Shown here piece after piece: positions 46,325 to 62,533 of a stretch of DNA of 64,000 nucleotides. The stretch lies in assembly GCF_009914755.1 (NCBI RefSeq), contig NC_060941.1. The stretch is one strand, 5' to 3'. Source of the stretch: the human T2T-CHM13v2.0 reference genome, Homo sapiens. The notes below the pieces were generated by a model. The model saw nothing but the letters and a program-made list of their open reading frames with translations. It was not told the DNA's origin and did not search any database. A program made the position numbers and the translations under genes. Each line of letters begins with the position of its first letter. Position 1 is the first letter of the stretch.

Positions 46325-47955
46325 TTTGTTGTTTTTTAAGAGATGGAGTCTTGCTCTGCCACCCAGGCTAGAGTGTGTCCAGAATTGGTGGGTTCTTGGT
46401 CTCACTGACTTCAAGAATTAAGCCATAGACCCTCGCAGTTAGTTTTACAGTTCTTAAAGGCGGCGTGTCTGGGGTTTGTTCCTTCTGATGTTCAGCTGTG
46501 TTCTGAGTTTCTTCCTCCTGGTGGGTTCGTAGTCTCGCTGGCTTCAAGAGTGAAGCTGCAGACCTTCGCGGTGAGTGTTACAGCTCTTAAGGCAGCGTGT
46601 CTGAAGTTGTTCGCTCCTACCGCCTGGAATTGTTCATTCCTCCCAATGGGTTCGTGGTCTGCGCCAGCCTCAAGAGAAAAACTGCAGACCTTTGCAGCCA
46701 GTGTTACAGCTCATAAAAGCAGTGGACTCATGGAGTAAGCAGCAACATTTGTTTCAAAGAGCAAAAGAACAAAGCCTCCCCCGCACGGAAAAGGACCCAA
46801 GTGGGTTACCACTACTGCCTCTGGCCCCACCCACATCCTGCTGATTGGTCCATTTTACAGAGAACTGATTGGTCTGTTTTACAGAGACCTGATTGGCCTA
46901 TTTTGACAGGGTGCTGATTGGTGCGTTTACAATCCCTGAGCTAGACACAAAGATTCTCCAAGTCCCCACCAGATTAACTAGATACAGAGTGCTGATTGGT
47001 GCATTTACAAACCTTGAGCTAGACACAGAGTGCTGATTGGTGTATTTACAATCCCTTAGCTAGACATAAAGGTTCTCTAAGTCCTCACTAGACTCAGAAA
47101 CCCAGCTGGCTTCACCCAGTGGATCCCACACCTGGGTCACAGGTGGAGCTGCCTGCCAGTCCCTGGCAGTGCGCCTGCACTCCTCAGCCCTTGGGCGGTC
47201 GATGGGACCGGGCGCAGTGGAGCAGGGGTTTGCGCTCCTTGGGGAGGTTCGGGCCGCATAGGAGCCCACGGCAGGGAGGCTCAGGCATGGTGAGCTGCAG
47301 GTCCAGAGTCCTGCCCCGCAGGGAGACCGCTGAGACCCGGCGAGAATTCCAGCACAGCACTGGCGGGCCGGCACTGCTGGGGGAATGGCACACCCTCCGC
47401 AGCTGCTGGCCTGGATGCTAAGCCCCTCACTGCCCGGGGCCTGCGGTGCTGGGCCCGCTGAGCTCACGCCCACCCAGAACTCGCGCTGGCCCGCAAGCGC
47501 CACGCGCAGCCCGGTTCCCGCCCGCGCCTCTCCCTCCACATCTCCCTGCAAGCTGAGGGAGGCGGCTCCGGCCTCGGCCAGCCCAGGGAGGGGTTCTCAC
47601 AGTGCAGCGGCGGGCTGAAGGGCTCCTCAAGCACAGCCAGAGAAGGCATCGGGGCTGAGGAGGCGCCTGAGAGCGAGCAACGGCTGCCAGCACGCTGTCA
47701 CCTCTCAAGAGTACAGTGGCACAATCATAGCTCGCTGCAGTCTCCACCTCCTGGGCTCAAGCAATCCTCCTGCCTCAGCCTCCAAAGTAGCTAGGACTAC
47801 AGGGAGTAGCACTACCACACCCAGCTAATTTTTAAATTTTTTGTAGAAACAGGGTCTTGCTATGTTGCCCAGGCTGGCCTCAAATTTTTGGCCTCAAGCA
47901 ATCCTCCTGCCTCGGCCTCCCAAAGTGCTGGGATTACAGGCATGAGCCACCACTC
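46325..47955 (-). mobile_element. AluJ-like element split by the LTR12 (46325-46373 + 47708-47955)
   Basis: The Alu sequence ccaggct-agag-tacagtggc resumes exactly after the LTR. Confidence 0.9.
46374..47707 (-). mobile_element. LTR12-family (ERV9) solo LTR
   Basis: Minus strand begins TGAGAGGTGACAGCGTGCTGGCAG and ends CCACCAATTCTGGACACA; tandem ctgattgg/CCAAT repeats; 4-bp TSD AGAG at 46370-46373 and 47708-47711. Confidence 0.95.
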
Positions 47956-48279
47956 CCTTATACAGCCTTTCAAAATGGCAGGTAGAGAAAACAATGCATA
48001 TGATTCTTCTTCAAAATATCACTGGGATTCAACACAAAAGAGCATATACTGTATGACTCCACTCATGAACTTCTAGAAGAGATAAAAGATCAGTGGTTCC
48101 CTCTGCAGTGTGTTGGAGGAGAGGATTAACTGGGAAGGGACCTGAGGGAGCTTTCTGGGGTGAGGTTGACAGTGCGTATCTTGATGGGGTAAGGTGACAA
48201 CATGTAAGCATGTGTCAAAATTATAACAAAATGTATGCATTTTACTACAAGTAAACTACCTCAGTGAAAATCATTAGAA

Positions 48280-48445
48280 GGCAAATATATATACATTTAC
48301 ACAAAATATATATAAAGTATAACATATTTATATAAAATATATATAAAATATGTATATGTATATATTTACCTGTGTGCATGTATTTACATGTGTGTATATA
48401 CTTACATATCACAGGCTATACACACACACACGTACACACACATAT
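48280..48445. repeat. (TA)n/(CA)n low-complexity tract after an old L1 fragment
   Basis: Seen directly. Confidence 0.85.
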
Positions 48446-48500
48446 GATTCATAGGTATGTACAGTCTCTTATGGAAAGCTGTAAGTCTTAAGAAAAACTA

Positions 48501-48790
48501 GGCCAGGCGTGGTGGCTCACGACTGTAATCCCAGGCCGAGGTGGGCGGATCATGAGGTCCGGAGATCAAGACCATCCTGGCTAACACGGTGAAACCCCGT
48601 CTCTACTAAAAATACAAAAAATTAGCCGGGCGTGGTGGTGGGCGCCTGTAGTCCTAGCTATTCAGCAGGCTGAGGCAGGAGAATGGTGTGAACCCAGGAG
48701 GTGGAGCTTGCAGTAAGTCGAGATTGCGCCACTGCACTCCAGCCTGGGCAACAGAGCAAGACTCTGTCTCAAAAAAAAAAAAAAGAAAAG
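48501..48790 (+). mobile_element. AluY with short internal deletion
   Basis: Diagnostic accatcctggctaacacggtg; TSD aagaaaaacta. Confidence 0.9.
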
Positions 48791-49350
48791 AAAAACTAAA
48801 AGCCACTTTGATTTGGGCCTTAAGCTTTAGGTCTGAAATGAACTTGGAAAGCTTGTTCAACCTCTGTTCTTCAAAACAAACGAACGAACAAACCATGCTC
48901 TTCAAATGAGTAACTGACAGGATGTGCCCCACCCAAAGTCTCACAGCAAATCAGCAGCAGAGCAGTGAACAGTCCCAGACTTTCCCAGTCCTAGCCTGGG
49001 ATTGGTTTCTCTGGTCTGGACCAGTGCCAGAAAAAGTAGATAAAACAGAAGACCATTGGTGATTTTATGAGCTAATTTCATTTAAACCATCAAATCTAGA
49101 GCTAAATAGTACCCCCAACCAAGCCCAGTCAAAAACAGGAGACTAACTTTCAAACAATAAAATGTATTTACCTTCATGAGGCTGAGTTGAAAATTTCCAC
49201 TCCATTAAAATGACAGACTTACTACCCCATGCTTACCCTCCCTGCCCATATACAAATATCTAAATGACTGGCAAGAGGCTGTGAGCTAAATAGGAAGACA
49301 TGTAAGAGTCATAAAACTGAGTCACTGTGGGACCTTGGCAAGTCTCCTAC

Positions 49351-50075
49351 TGTGATACAGTAAGAAATATATATTTGGTCTTTGTCCAGGTTCCTGGCAC
49401 ACCTCACCCAAAACCCCTGGAATCTCCTGAGAGATAAGTGTCTTTTGTATGCTAATGAGATTGGGGCTCCCTAGCCAGAAAGACCAAGGTACATTTCAGT
49501 GTTGGAACTTTTAGCCGTACCCTCATCCCACCTTACCTCCGGAAAGGGGAGAGGGACTAGAGGTTGAGTTATTCACCAATGGCCAGATTTAATCACTCAT
49601 GCCCACATAATGAAACCTCCATTAATACCCCTAAACGATGGGGTTCAAAGAACTTCCAAGTTGAACACATAAAGGTGCTGGGAGGCTGGCACAGAAGTTC
49701 TCTGCCCCTTCCCCACACCTTGCCCGATGAATCTCTTCCATTTGGCTGTTGCTGAGTTATATCCTTTGTCACGAAAATGTAAGTAAAGTGTTGTCCTGAA
49801 TTTTGTGAGCCATTCAAGCATATGATCAAACATGGGGAAGGCATCACGGGAATCCCCAATTTATAGCCGGTCATGGGAAGTACAGATGGTAACCAGGAAC
49901 TTGTGACTGGCATGTGAAGTGGGGGCAGTCTTGTGGGACTGAGCCCTTAACCTCTGGGGTCCGCACCAGCTCCAGGTAGTTAGTGTCAAAACTGAATTCA
50001 ATTGTAGGACATCCATTTGATATCAGAAAAAAGACAAAAACAACAAAAAAATCCCTGCACATTTGCTGTCAGAAA
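49351..50075 (+). mobile_element. MER21-family LTR
   Basis: Starts tgtgatacagtaagaaatatatatttggtc; contains tgaagtgggggcagtcttgtgggactgagccc. 3' boundary approximate. Confidence 0.75.
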
Positions 50076-51017
50076 TGTCATACATCACAGACACCCTCTC
50101 TGGCCTTGTTTCCACAACCTGCAAAAATTAGAGGGTTGGACCAAATACCACTAAGACCCTTTCAACTAGAGTCTTCTGATTCTTTGAATTGCTGGTTTAA
50201 GAATTTCCACAGTTAGCATAGGAGACTCTCGCTCTCTGGAAGCCACTAGCAAATTCAGCTTTCAAACCCCAAGCAACATCATTTCTCAGGCCTCATTTCC
50301 TATTTCGACTAATGACGTGCCAGAAATCTGTGTGATTTCTCCTTTGAGGAGCAGCAAAAAAAACTCCACAGTGTCCTATTACAGGACCCAGTTCTTGTCC
50401 CCAGCTCTCAAAGACAGCCCAATTCTCTGAGATGAAAGAATCAGTCTCTCTCCATTACACTCAATTTTAAACCAAAACCCGAAACAGAATTTTTGACATG
50501 CCTCCCAGACTACAAGGCTTATGCTTCATTAATGATTAAAAGAGCAGCTGGTGATGTCTTAAAAGCAAGTTGGTCAGTTAGACAATTTAGCATGTGTTTA
50601 AATTCCGTCTTTTCCTCCATCCATCACTGTAGTTCTAAGGCAAATCCAAAGAGAAAGTAAAATACACAGGTCTTCCATTACTAAGAAGTGCCTCAGCGAG
50701 GATATAAGAAAGCACGTCCTTTGAGGAAATTCTCAGAAAACTTACTGGTATGAAGAGGACACTTGTACACTGAGTTACAGGAGGAAAACTGAAACTGAGT
50801 ACATAATTTACAATACTAGTGTAGGTCTGGATTTAAGACAACTATTACTAGATTTTTCAGCTACCAAGTTCATTCAGGCATTCATTCACTCAATCCCACA
50901 AACAATACTAAGCTCTCTGGTTTAGTGGTTAAGAGCACCAGCTCTGCTGCCCACAGACCTGGGTTCAAATCCCTGCTCTGCCACTGATAATCCACAGACC
51001 TTGAGGAAGGTACTTGA

Positions 51018-51320
51018 CTTTTTTTTTTCTGAGACAGGGTCTCTGGCTCTGTCAACCAGACTGGAGTGTAGTGGCACAATCTCAGCTCACAGCAACCTCT
51101 GCCTCCTGGGCTCATGCCATCTTCCCACCTCAGCCTCCTCCCAAGTAGCTGGGACTACAGGTGCATGCTACCATGCCCAGCTAATTTTTGTATTTTTTTG
51201 TAGAGACGGAATTTCGCCATGTTGCCCAGACTGGTCTCGAACTCCTGAGCTCAAGTGATCCTCCCATCTTGGCTGCCCAGAATACTAGTATTACAGGCAT
51301 GAGCCAGTGAGCCCAGCTGG
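51018..51320 (-). mobile_element. Alu (J/S) inside a MIR
   Basis: Antisense Alu flanked by MIR core. Confidence 0.85.
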
Positions 51321-51956
51321 TTATTTCACTTCTAAGCCTTAGTTTCCTAGTCTTTTAAAATATGACTGACAGGCCTGGGTGACACAGTGAGAGTCTGTCT
51401 CCAAAAAAACAAAACAGAGTGATAATACCTGCCTTACAGAATTGTTGTGGGAATTAAAGAAAAGAATGCATGTAAACTACATAACCCAGTACCTAGTAAG
51501 GAGAGACATTCTGACTGCTACTAATAGCACCATCCTTATCTTTAAGGCATTGTGTTAGATTCGACTGAAAGATAAGGGCATGACACGGAAGGTACAAGCA
51601 ACAAAAGAAAAAGTAGAGAAACTGGACTTAAAACTTTTGTGCATTAAAGGACACTATAAACAGAGTATAAAAAGGCAACCCACAGAATGGGAGAAAATAT
51701 TTGTAAATCACATGTCTGATAAGAGATTAATATTCAGAATATATAGAGAACTCCTAAAACCGAACAACAACAAAACCCAATTAAAAACTAGGCACAGGAC
51801 TTGAACAGACATTTCTCCAAAGAAGACATACAAATGGCCAACAAGCACATGAAAAGATGCTCAATATCACTAATCATGAAGAAAATGCAAATCAAAACCA
51901 CAATGAGACACCAATTCATACCCATTAGGATGGCTACTATAAAGAAAAAAAAATGA

Positions 51957-52617
<661 letters not shown>

Positions 52618-53004
52618 TTATTTATAATAGCCAAAAAGTGGAAGCAACTCAGGTGACCATCAATGGAAGAATGAATAAACAAAATGTGGTATAAACACAC
52701 AATGGAATATTATACAGCCTTAACAAGGAAGGAAACTTTGACATGCTCCAATAGAGATGAAACTTGAAGACATTATGCAAGTGAAGTCAGTCATGAAAGG
52801 ATAAATACTATATGATTCCATTTATATGAGGTTTCATAATAAATATATGATTCCACTTATATGAGGTTCCTAGAGTAGTCAAATTCATAGTGACAAAGTA
52901 AAATGGTAGTTGCCGGGGCTGGGGGGAGGAGGGAACAGGGAGATATTGTTTCACTTTTGCAAGACTAGAAGAGTTGTAGAGATGGCCAGTGGTGATTGTT
53001 GCAT

Positions 53005-53294
53005 ATTTTTTTTTTTTAGGGATGGAGTCTCGCTCTGTCACCCAGGCTGGAGTGCAGTGACACGATCTTAGCTCACTGCAACCTCCTCCTCTAGCAATTC
53101 TCCTGCTTCAGCCTCCCAAGTACCTGGGACTACAGGCGCACACTGCCATGCCCGGCTAATTTTTTTGTATTTTAGTAGAGACAGGGTTTCACCGTGTTGC
53201 GCAGGCTGGTCTCGAACTCCTGAGCTCAGGCAATCCACCCGCCTCGGCCTCCCAAAGTGCTAGGATTAAAGGCATGAGCCACCGCGACTGGCCC
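53005..53294 (-). mobile_element. AluS
   Basis: Antisense Alu. Confidence 0.88.
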
Positions 53295-53357
53295 AATGTG
53301 AATATATTTAATGCCATTGAACTGCACACTTAAAACCAGTTAAAATTGTAAATTTTG

Positions 53358-53735
<378 letters not shown>

Positions 53736-55290
53736 CTAAATGATGTAAAACATAACAACACATTTTGCTTTTACATACTCACTTGACCCCTGTAAGATGT
53801 GATGGTGCAAGTGTTCTTGTACTCCCTTCACCACCACAGTTTACAGATTGGGAAACTGAGTTTTAGCACAGTTACTGGACTCATACAAAAGCAGTCGCAT
53901 CGAGAAGCAAAGATGGGACTGACTCCAATCTAGAACAAAGAGTGCTAAGTGCTGGAAGAGAACAAAGAGAGAGCAATGGGAATCCACATTCCTATTGGTG
54001 GAACTATGCTATCTTTCTGGAATTCCTATTTGAAATCAGTTTAGGCTCCTTCTTGTCCAAATGGAAACAGACCATGCTTGATGTCTAAAAGGCAACATGA
54101 ACAAAGAAAAACGCTGGAGCTAGAGCCCCTGGCTGGAGAGGACCGCTCCGCCTACTTGAGCCAGGAAACCTTGGGCAAGTTTCTGAACCCCTTTAAGTCT
54201 CTATTTCTTCACCTGTAAGATGAAGATAACAGTGCTTCCAGAGAAAAAAATTTTTAAATGAGGTAAGTATGCACAGCACTCAGCAAGGTGCCTGGCACAT
54301 GGTGAGGGGCCAGGAAATGATGGCTAGTAATGTTAGCTTTCAAAGATGCTAAATACCAGTGACAAAAAGAGTGAATAACTATGAAGAATATACTCTACCA
54401 TGTGCTGTGAAGGTCACAAGGAAACAGAAAGTAGAGGAGCCTCCAGCCTTATTCAGAAGGTATGGCAATAAACACATGATAAATAACACAAGATAAATAA
54501 CAACAGTAACAGTGGAGGGAAGGAATCAAGAAGTCTATATTAGTTGATTGCAGGACACCGTGCTAGGGATTTTAAGCACATTATCTCATTTAATCGTCAC
54601 AAAAACCTGGAGGACAAGTAATATTTTCTGTTTTATAGATAAGAGAAGAGCCAAATGAATGATATGGATAGCAAGCACTGTGAGCTCAGAGAAGAGATTC
54701 ATCACCATAAACAGGGTGGTCTAGGAAGGCTGCCTGTAGGAAGAGGTGAGGGCTGATGGGCATCAGGCTTGATGACTGAATGGAGAAAAGCAGAGAATCT
54801 CCTAAATCAAGAAGGTTGGAGGGAGCAATAACATATGTAACCAAGTCTGAGACTGGTTTTAAAAGTCGCCTCTTTTAACCTCAACAAGCCGGGTCAGCAG
54901 GAAAAGCCTGAATGTTATTTATATCTTCTCAGACTACTAGGTTAGCGCAACATTTCTGGGTGATTTATCTGCTAGGTCAGGAGCAACAACCCCTAACTGA
55001 TGCTCCTCTGGGCAATGTATTTACACCGTTTTCCTTTCCTAATATCCCAAGTAAATAAATAAATAAATGTAGATTATACAGAAATATGCTAAAAGTTGTT
55101 CTACAATGTCGCCTCTTCAAGGCATGAGAAGATGAAGAGTGAAATACAAAAGTATTCCATTATGTGAAATAAGCATCTCAACAAATTTGTGAGGACGCAC
55201 ATTGTGGAGATTTTTTTCTCCTTTGCATTTTTTCTATATCTTTCATATTTTCTATCGGTTATACATCGTTTTGTAAAAAGCACAATGAAA

Positions 55291-55454
55291 GGCTGGGCAC
55301 AGTGGCTGAAACCTATAATCCCAGCACTTTGGGAGGCTGAAGCGGGAGGATCACTTGAGCCCAGTAGGTTGAGGCTTTAACTACGATCCTGCCACTGCAT
55401 TCCAGCCTGGGCGACAAAGCAAGACCCTGTCTCAAAAAAAATAAATAAATAAAA
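55291..55454 (+). mobile_element. FRAM/FAM-like Alu monomer
   Basis: Single arm; TSD aaaaagcacaat. Confidence 0.8.
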
Positions 55455-56397
55455 AGCACAATTATATGAGAATTTTAGATATTCCGATAGCCCACTCCTA
55501 AGCAGTGGCATTCCTCTAGAAAAGCCCTGGGAATAGGTCAGCCCTGTCATTGCATATGATAAACAGAGCAGGAGGAGGAGCAGGCTGACGCCCCACGTGA
55601 CTTTCAATGTCAGGGGTTTTAAGACCTGTCCAGGCAATTAAGGACAAATGCTCTAGACTAGACTTCTTCTCAATGCTCCATCAACCTGCCTTGGCACCTT
55701 TCTGTTTCTGAGGGGGCTTCATAGACAGTGTCCCTACCCTTGACCACAGCTGACATCCCCCCTCCTTCCCCCACCTTCCCTCCCCAATTCTGCACAGAAG
55801 CGGGCTTTCATGGTAGAGAGAATGATCTTCTGGTGACTGCTAAGGAGAAATCTCCCTACCTCTGTAATGATATTCATGCTTCCATGCTATTCCCCTCCCT
55901 AGAAGTCTTTCATGCCTCCCCAGTACCTCTAAAATATAGTTCAAACTACTTAGCCAACATATGAAGCAAGCCCTCCACACAATCAGGCCTTATCCTCCCT
56001 TCCCAGTCTCACCCCCTATCACTCCCCTTTGCTAGGCACACAGAATAAATCCCATCACCCCCGCCTACCTCTTAACATCCAGCATTTGCTCAAGTTGTCT
56101 CTGCCAAGAAACCAAACATCCTTTTCCATTTCTACACAAACCAAATCCTCCCCATTCATCAAAGCCCTGCTCAGCAGACACCACCTCCTCAGAGTTTTCC
56201 TGAGTTCTTCCTTCCCTCCTACAGTGTTCCTCCTCACTTTACTCTTGCTGAGGGCAGCACAGCGTGACAGGATACCAGCTCTGGAGCCAGAATGCTGCAT
56301 TCAGACTATAGCTCCCTCACTGCTAGCTGTGTGACCTTAGGTAGGTTCCATACTTTCTCATTGTCTTAATGTCCCCATCTGAAAATGGAGATAATCA

Positions 56398-56869
<472 letters not shown>

Positions 56870-57126
56870 TCACCCCTCCCCTCCTACATTTCCTTACTGC
56901 ATTTATCTATCCAATCTTGCAACTACTTTCTATCTGATCTAATTTAGATACCTACACACTGGGAAATTCTCAGCTTGCTATATACAGATAGTACAGGGCC
57001 ACTGAATGAATAAATGAACAAATTCTAAATAATCACTCTTTTAGCCTGTCCACAAGAAAACCTACATTTAATGTTTGAAGAAAGATAAAGAAAAGATTAA
57101 AGAAACAGAACTTCAAAGCAAGAACT

Positions 57127-57290
57127 ACAGTTCTCGAAGTGAACCAGTAGCATCAGCATCACTAGAGAACTTGACAGAAATGTAGAATGCTACTTCCCAC
57201 CCCAAACCTACTGAAACAGAAACTCTGAGGGTAGGATCCACTTTTAACAAGCCCTCCAGGTGATTCCCTTGCGGCTGAATCATGAGCTCA
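57127..57290. mobile_element. MER5A-like DNA transposon
   Basis: accagtagcatcagcatcact...gaaactctgagggt...ttttaacaagccctccaggtgattc. Confidence 0.75.
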
Positions 57291-57597
57291 GAGTGCAAAA
57301 AGTAACATAAATGGCAGCACAGAATGAGCACTGGATCAGGAGTAGATTCTAGGCTTCACTCTGCCATTGACCTTGCACAAGTCTCTTAACTTCTCAGAGC
57401 CTCGATTTCCTTATGTGATACAGGGATGATAACACCCAAATAGTTAAATGTTGTGAGGGTTAAATGAGATTCTATGTACAGAGTTTGCATATAGTTGGTA
57501 CTTAATAATTATAAGTTCCTTCCAGTTATCTTCCTGTATATCTCACAAGGTTGTGAACACTAAATAAAATGACTGAAGCAAAAGGGCTTTGCAAATT

Positions 57598-57787
57598 CCT
57601 GCCCTTGAACATCAGACTCCAAGTTCTTCAGCTTTGGGACTCAGACTGGCTTCCTTGCTTCTCAGCTTGCAGATGGCCTACTGTGGGACCTCATCTTGTG
57701 ATTGTGTGAGTCAGTACTCCTTAATAAACTCCCCTTAATATAAACATCTACCCTATTAGATGTGTCCCTCTAGAGAACCCTAATACA
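57598..57787 (+). mobile_element. MLT2A-type (HERVL) LTR, 3' fragment
   Basis: cctgcccttgaacatcagactccaagttcttcagc...ttaataaactcccc...ctagagaaccctaataca. Confidence 0.8.
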
Positions 57788-58257
57788 CATAGCAATCTGA
57801 GGGACAACTAACTATTCTTGGTACAAATAGCCAGGTTAAACGTCTACCATTCACAGGATATTATGAAGTAGTTTATGTCCAACACCAGTCAGTCTACAAA
57901 CAAACTCTGCAACAGAATATCTGCTTCTTGCCTGTTTATTAAAGCAGAACAATGAAGAGAATACATGCCCACCACCCCCAATATTCTGGTCAGAATTAAC
58001 TAACTACTCACTGATCTTTGAATCTAAACTTTACTCTTGGAAAAGGATTTTCTGAAAACTTTTTCTAGCCAACACAAGGAAAACTGCAAACTGCTGCAGA
58101 CACAATGGACCTGACTTGGGGAACTCCCCATGTATGTCATCCAACTCCAAGCAGTTGTGGAAGGCTGAGATTAAGACAGTTAACATTTTGAAGCTTGTTG
58201 CAGAACAGAAAATTAAGAAATACAAGTAAGTACTCTTTCTTCCACCACACTTCTTAG

Positions 58258-58587
<330 letters not shown>

Positions 58588-59064
58588 GCTTACTCTCTCC
58601 CTAAACCATGCTTTCTACTCAGGAACTGCCCTCCAGAATAAAGGGCGGGATGGATGCAAGAAATGCACAGTTAACTATGTCAGACTGTGGTCTTAGCCGC
58701 TAACTTGAGATGAACACGCTAAGTGTTCTACTAAATCGTACCAGGTTAGAATGTTCACATGAGGCCCACGCATAAGACAGAGTAAGAATTACTCCACCAA
58801 CCGCTCAGACAGACCCAGGACACCTTTTGTGAGCATGTTACCTCTACCGAAGGCTCCCTAAGAGCAGCTTGTTAATATTTGTATCCCCAGAGCCTGGCAC
58901 AGGCCTGGCCCCCCACAGGCACTCATAACTGCCTACTGAAGTGAACAGACAAAATTATTTAGGTGTAAGCCCCATGCAGCTGTTGAGAAGTATTATTTTA
59001 TAAGCAGGGAAAATTAGGTCCAAAGAGACTAAAAGTTGAAGTCAGTTAAAGAACGTAGTCTTTG

Positions 59065-59416
<352 letters not shown>

Positions 59417-59706
59417 CTACTTGCCACCACTCCCCACAGCCACCTCTGCTCCATTCAGACTGGTACTCACAGATGTGCCTGTGCCCCACTCCCTGCCTCA
59501 TTCAGCTGTCCCTAGGCCCAATGATATTGTTTTCTGCATGCAGAGTTCCTACCCATCCTTTATGAACAGCCCTCAGACTCAAAGAAGCCAGTCCCTGTCA
59601 CCCCAGCCTCTTCTGAATTGTTTCTGACTCCTTCAGCACTTACAATCTACACCACTCATTGTTTCATGCATCTCTGTCTTCTCTCCTGAAACCGTAAATC
59701 CATTGA

Positions 59707-60034
<328 letters not shown>

Positions 60035-60527
60035 TACAGCTGCTGTTTTTAATCATTAGCTTTGTAGTTGTTATTTTATTTCTGTATTCCCCCTCCCTCC
60101 CACCAATCCCCCACCCCCGCACATTCTTTTAAAAGAATACTAACAACACTAAATATCAAGAAAGTCACTTTGACACTTTGTCACAACAGTACGGAATATA
60201 CATTAGAACCTAATTCTGTCCATTAATCATTTACCTGAACTGAACTGAAATGACCTATTGGCTACCTGGCAGTGGGGAGCCATCATCATCTTTAGTCAAG
60301 CATCTTATGAGCAATGGTGAATCCTGGGGCCTGGTAGGGTATTTTCCTTCACAGGTCACAGACGGGCCAGTTGTTTCACATATCCTCTCCAGATAGAAAA
60401 TCCAACCCTAACTTAAATATTCTGTTATTAACAGTGGCAGTTTCAATTTACTGAGCTTCTACTATGTTCCAGATACTATGCTAAGTGTTTTCATACATTA
60501 TCTCATTTAAACTACATTACTCTGTGA

Positions 60528-61040
<513 letters not shown>

Positions 61041-62533
61041 ACATTTGTATTTTAAATCCCCTTTAACTTCTACCCCTCATTTACTACCTTGTCATTTTAA
61101 AGGTGTAGAGCTTCCTATTATAAAGGGGACAGAAAGGAAAACAATTCTCGCAAGTTTTCTGGCTCCCTCCATTAACTGGCTGGAAATTAGTTTTTGGAGT
61201 GTGGCTGCCATGCAAGAGCACCTGAAGAGAGTGGAAAAGGACATGGGGAAGAAGTAAGGAAGTGAGAATCCAGAGACTCTCCAGTGGGCAGCAAGAGACA
61301 AGATGTCAAAAAGGTGGGAAAACACTCTTTTGGGGTCCCTCATGCATTATAAAAGATACTACGCCAGAAAGTAAAGAAAGGCTCCTAAATGCTAATTAGC
61401 CAACAGGAGAGACCTCAATAAGTTTATAGGCTCCACTAAAGGCTGGAAAGTAAGCTAAAATTTCATAAGCAAAGCAGAAAATAAACAAATCACTACTGCT
61501 GAAATCAGGCCCATAAGAACACCAAAGATCCTGGCTCATAAAAGACGTTTTACCAGTCCTTCAACCAACCAGGAGGAATCCAGTTTTCAAACAAACTAAT
61601 CAGCATTCTTGACTGATCAAGTGGCATAAGCCACTGCCTTGGGTAAAAAGGCAAGTTGCTTTCTTAGTAAGGAAGTCCCATATGGTGGCCATTTCAGTAT
61701 TCCTTTACCTACACTTTGGGCTTTCCTTATCCATGATTCTGGCCATCTCTGGTGTCCCCAGGTGTCCACATCCCCCCTATAGGATTAACAGATAATGCTG
61801 AGTACCATTCTCTCTACATTGCCAACAAAAGATTTCAGCTTTGGTAAATTTAATATGAGGTGGGGGAGGAAGCAACAGTCAATGTGCAGAGTACTACAAA
61901 GAATATCAAAACTTGAGAACTTTAAGGGATCTATCACATCTCATCTCCAAACACTTTGACAGACAGGGGAACTTCAAACCAGAAAGGGCACAAGGTCATA
62001 TGGAGTCACTGACAAAACCACTGCTAGAGTCCAGGCTTCCATGATTCCCAGTCCAGGGCTCTTATCATTAAATAACACAGCCTCCCTTCTTTCCTGGGAG
62101 GCACTGCAGGCATGCCATCCCCCTGCCAAGATAATCACCCTCCAAGAGCCCCTCCTCCTATCCCAGTCCCTCCTACAGCACAGCTGAGTTGCAGCTCAAA
62201 TTAGCAAGTCCCGGAGCAGGGGGCATTTCTGGGAGGGTGCCCAGTCTGAGGGTTGCTGGTACCGAAGAGGAGGGACAAAGATGGAGAAGAAGGTGACATC
62301 CCACAAAGGGTTTGGGAGAACTGGGTCCTTGGGGCAGTGGCAGTGAGCCTGCTGGGCTGGATAAAGACACATGCAGTGGCATCTCCCAAAGCGCATTGGG
62401 GAAGCAGACCAGCAGTTGGCACCACCTCTAGCAGCAAAAGGAAGGGCTGAGCCTTGATGGGCAGGGAAGCCTGGGGCATCTCCGAGTCCAAGTTGGGCCT
62501 CAGGGGTGCCTCCTGGCAGAGTGGCACTGGCGC

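Noticed and set aside
51580-51900. L1 ORF2p-like peptide segments
   Set aside because: Short, disrupted remnants of an ancient L1; not an active element.
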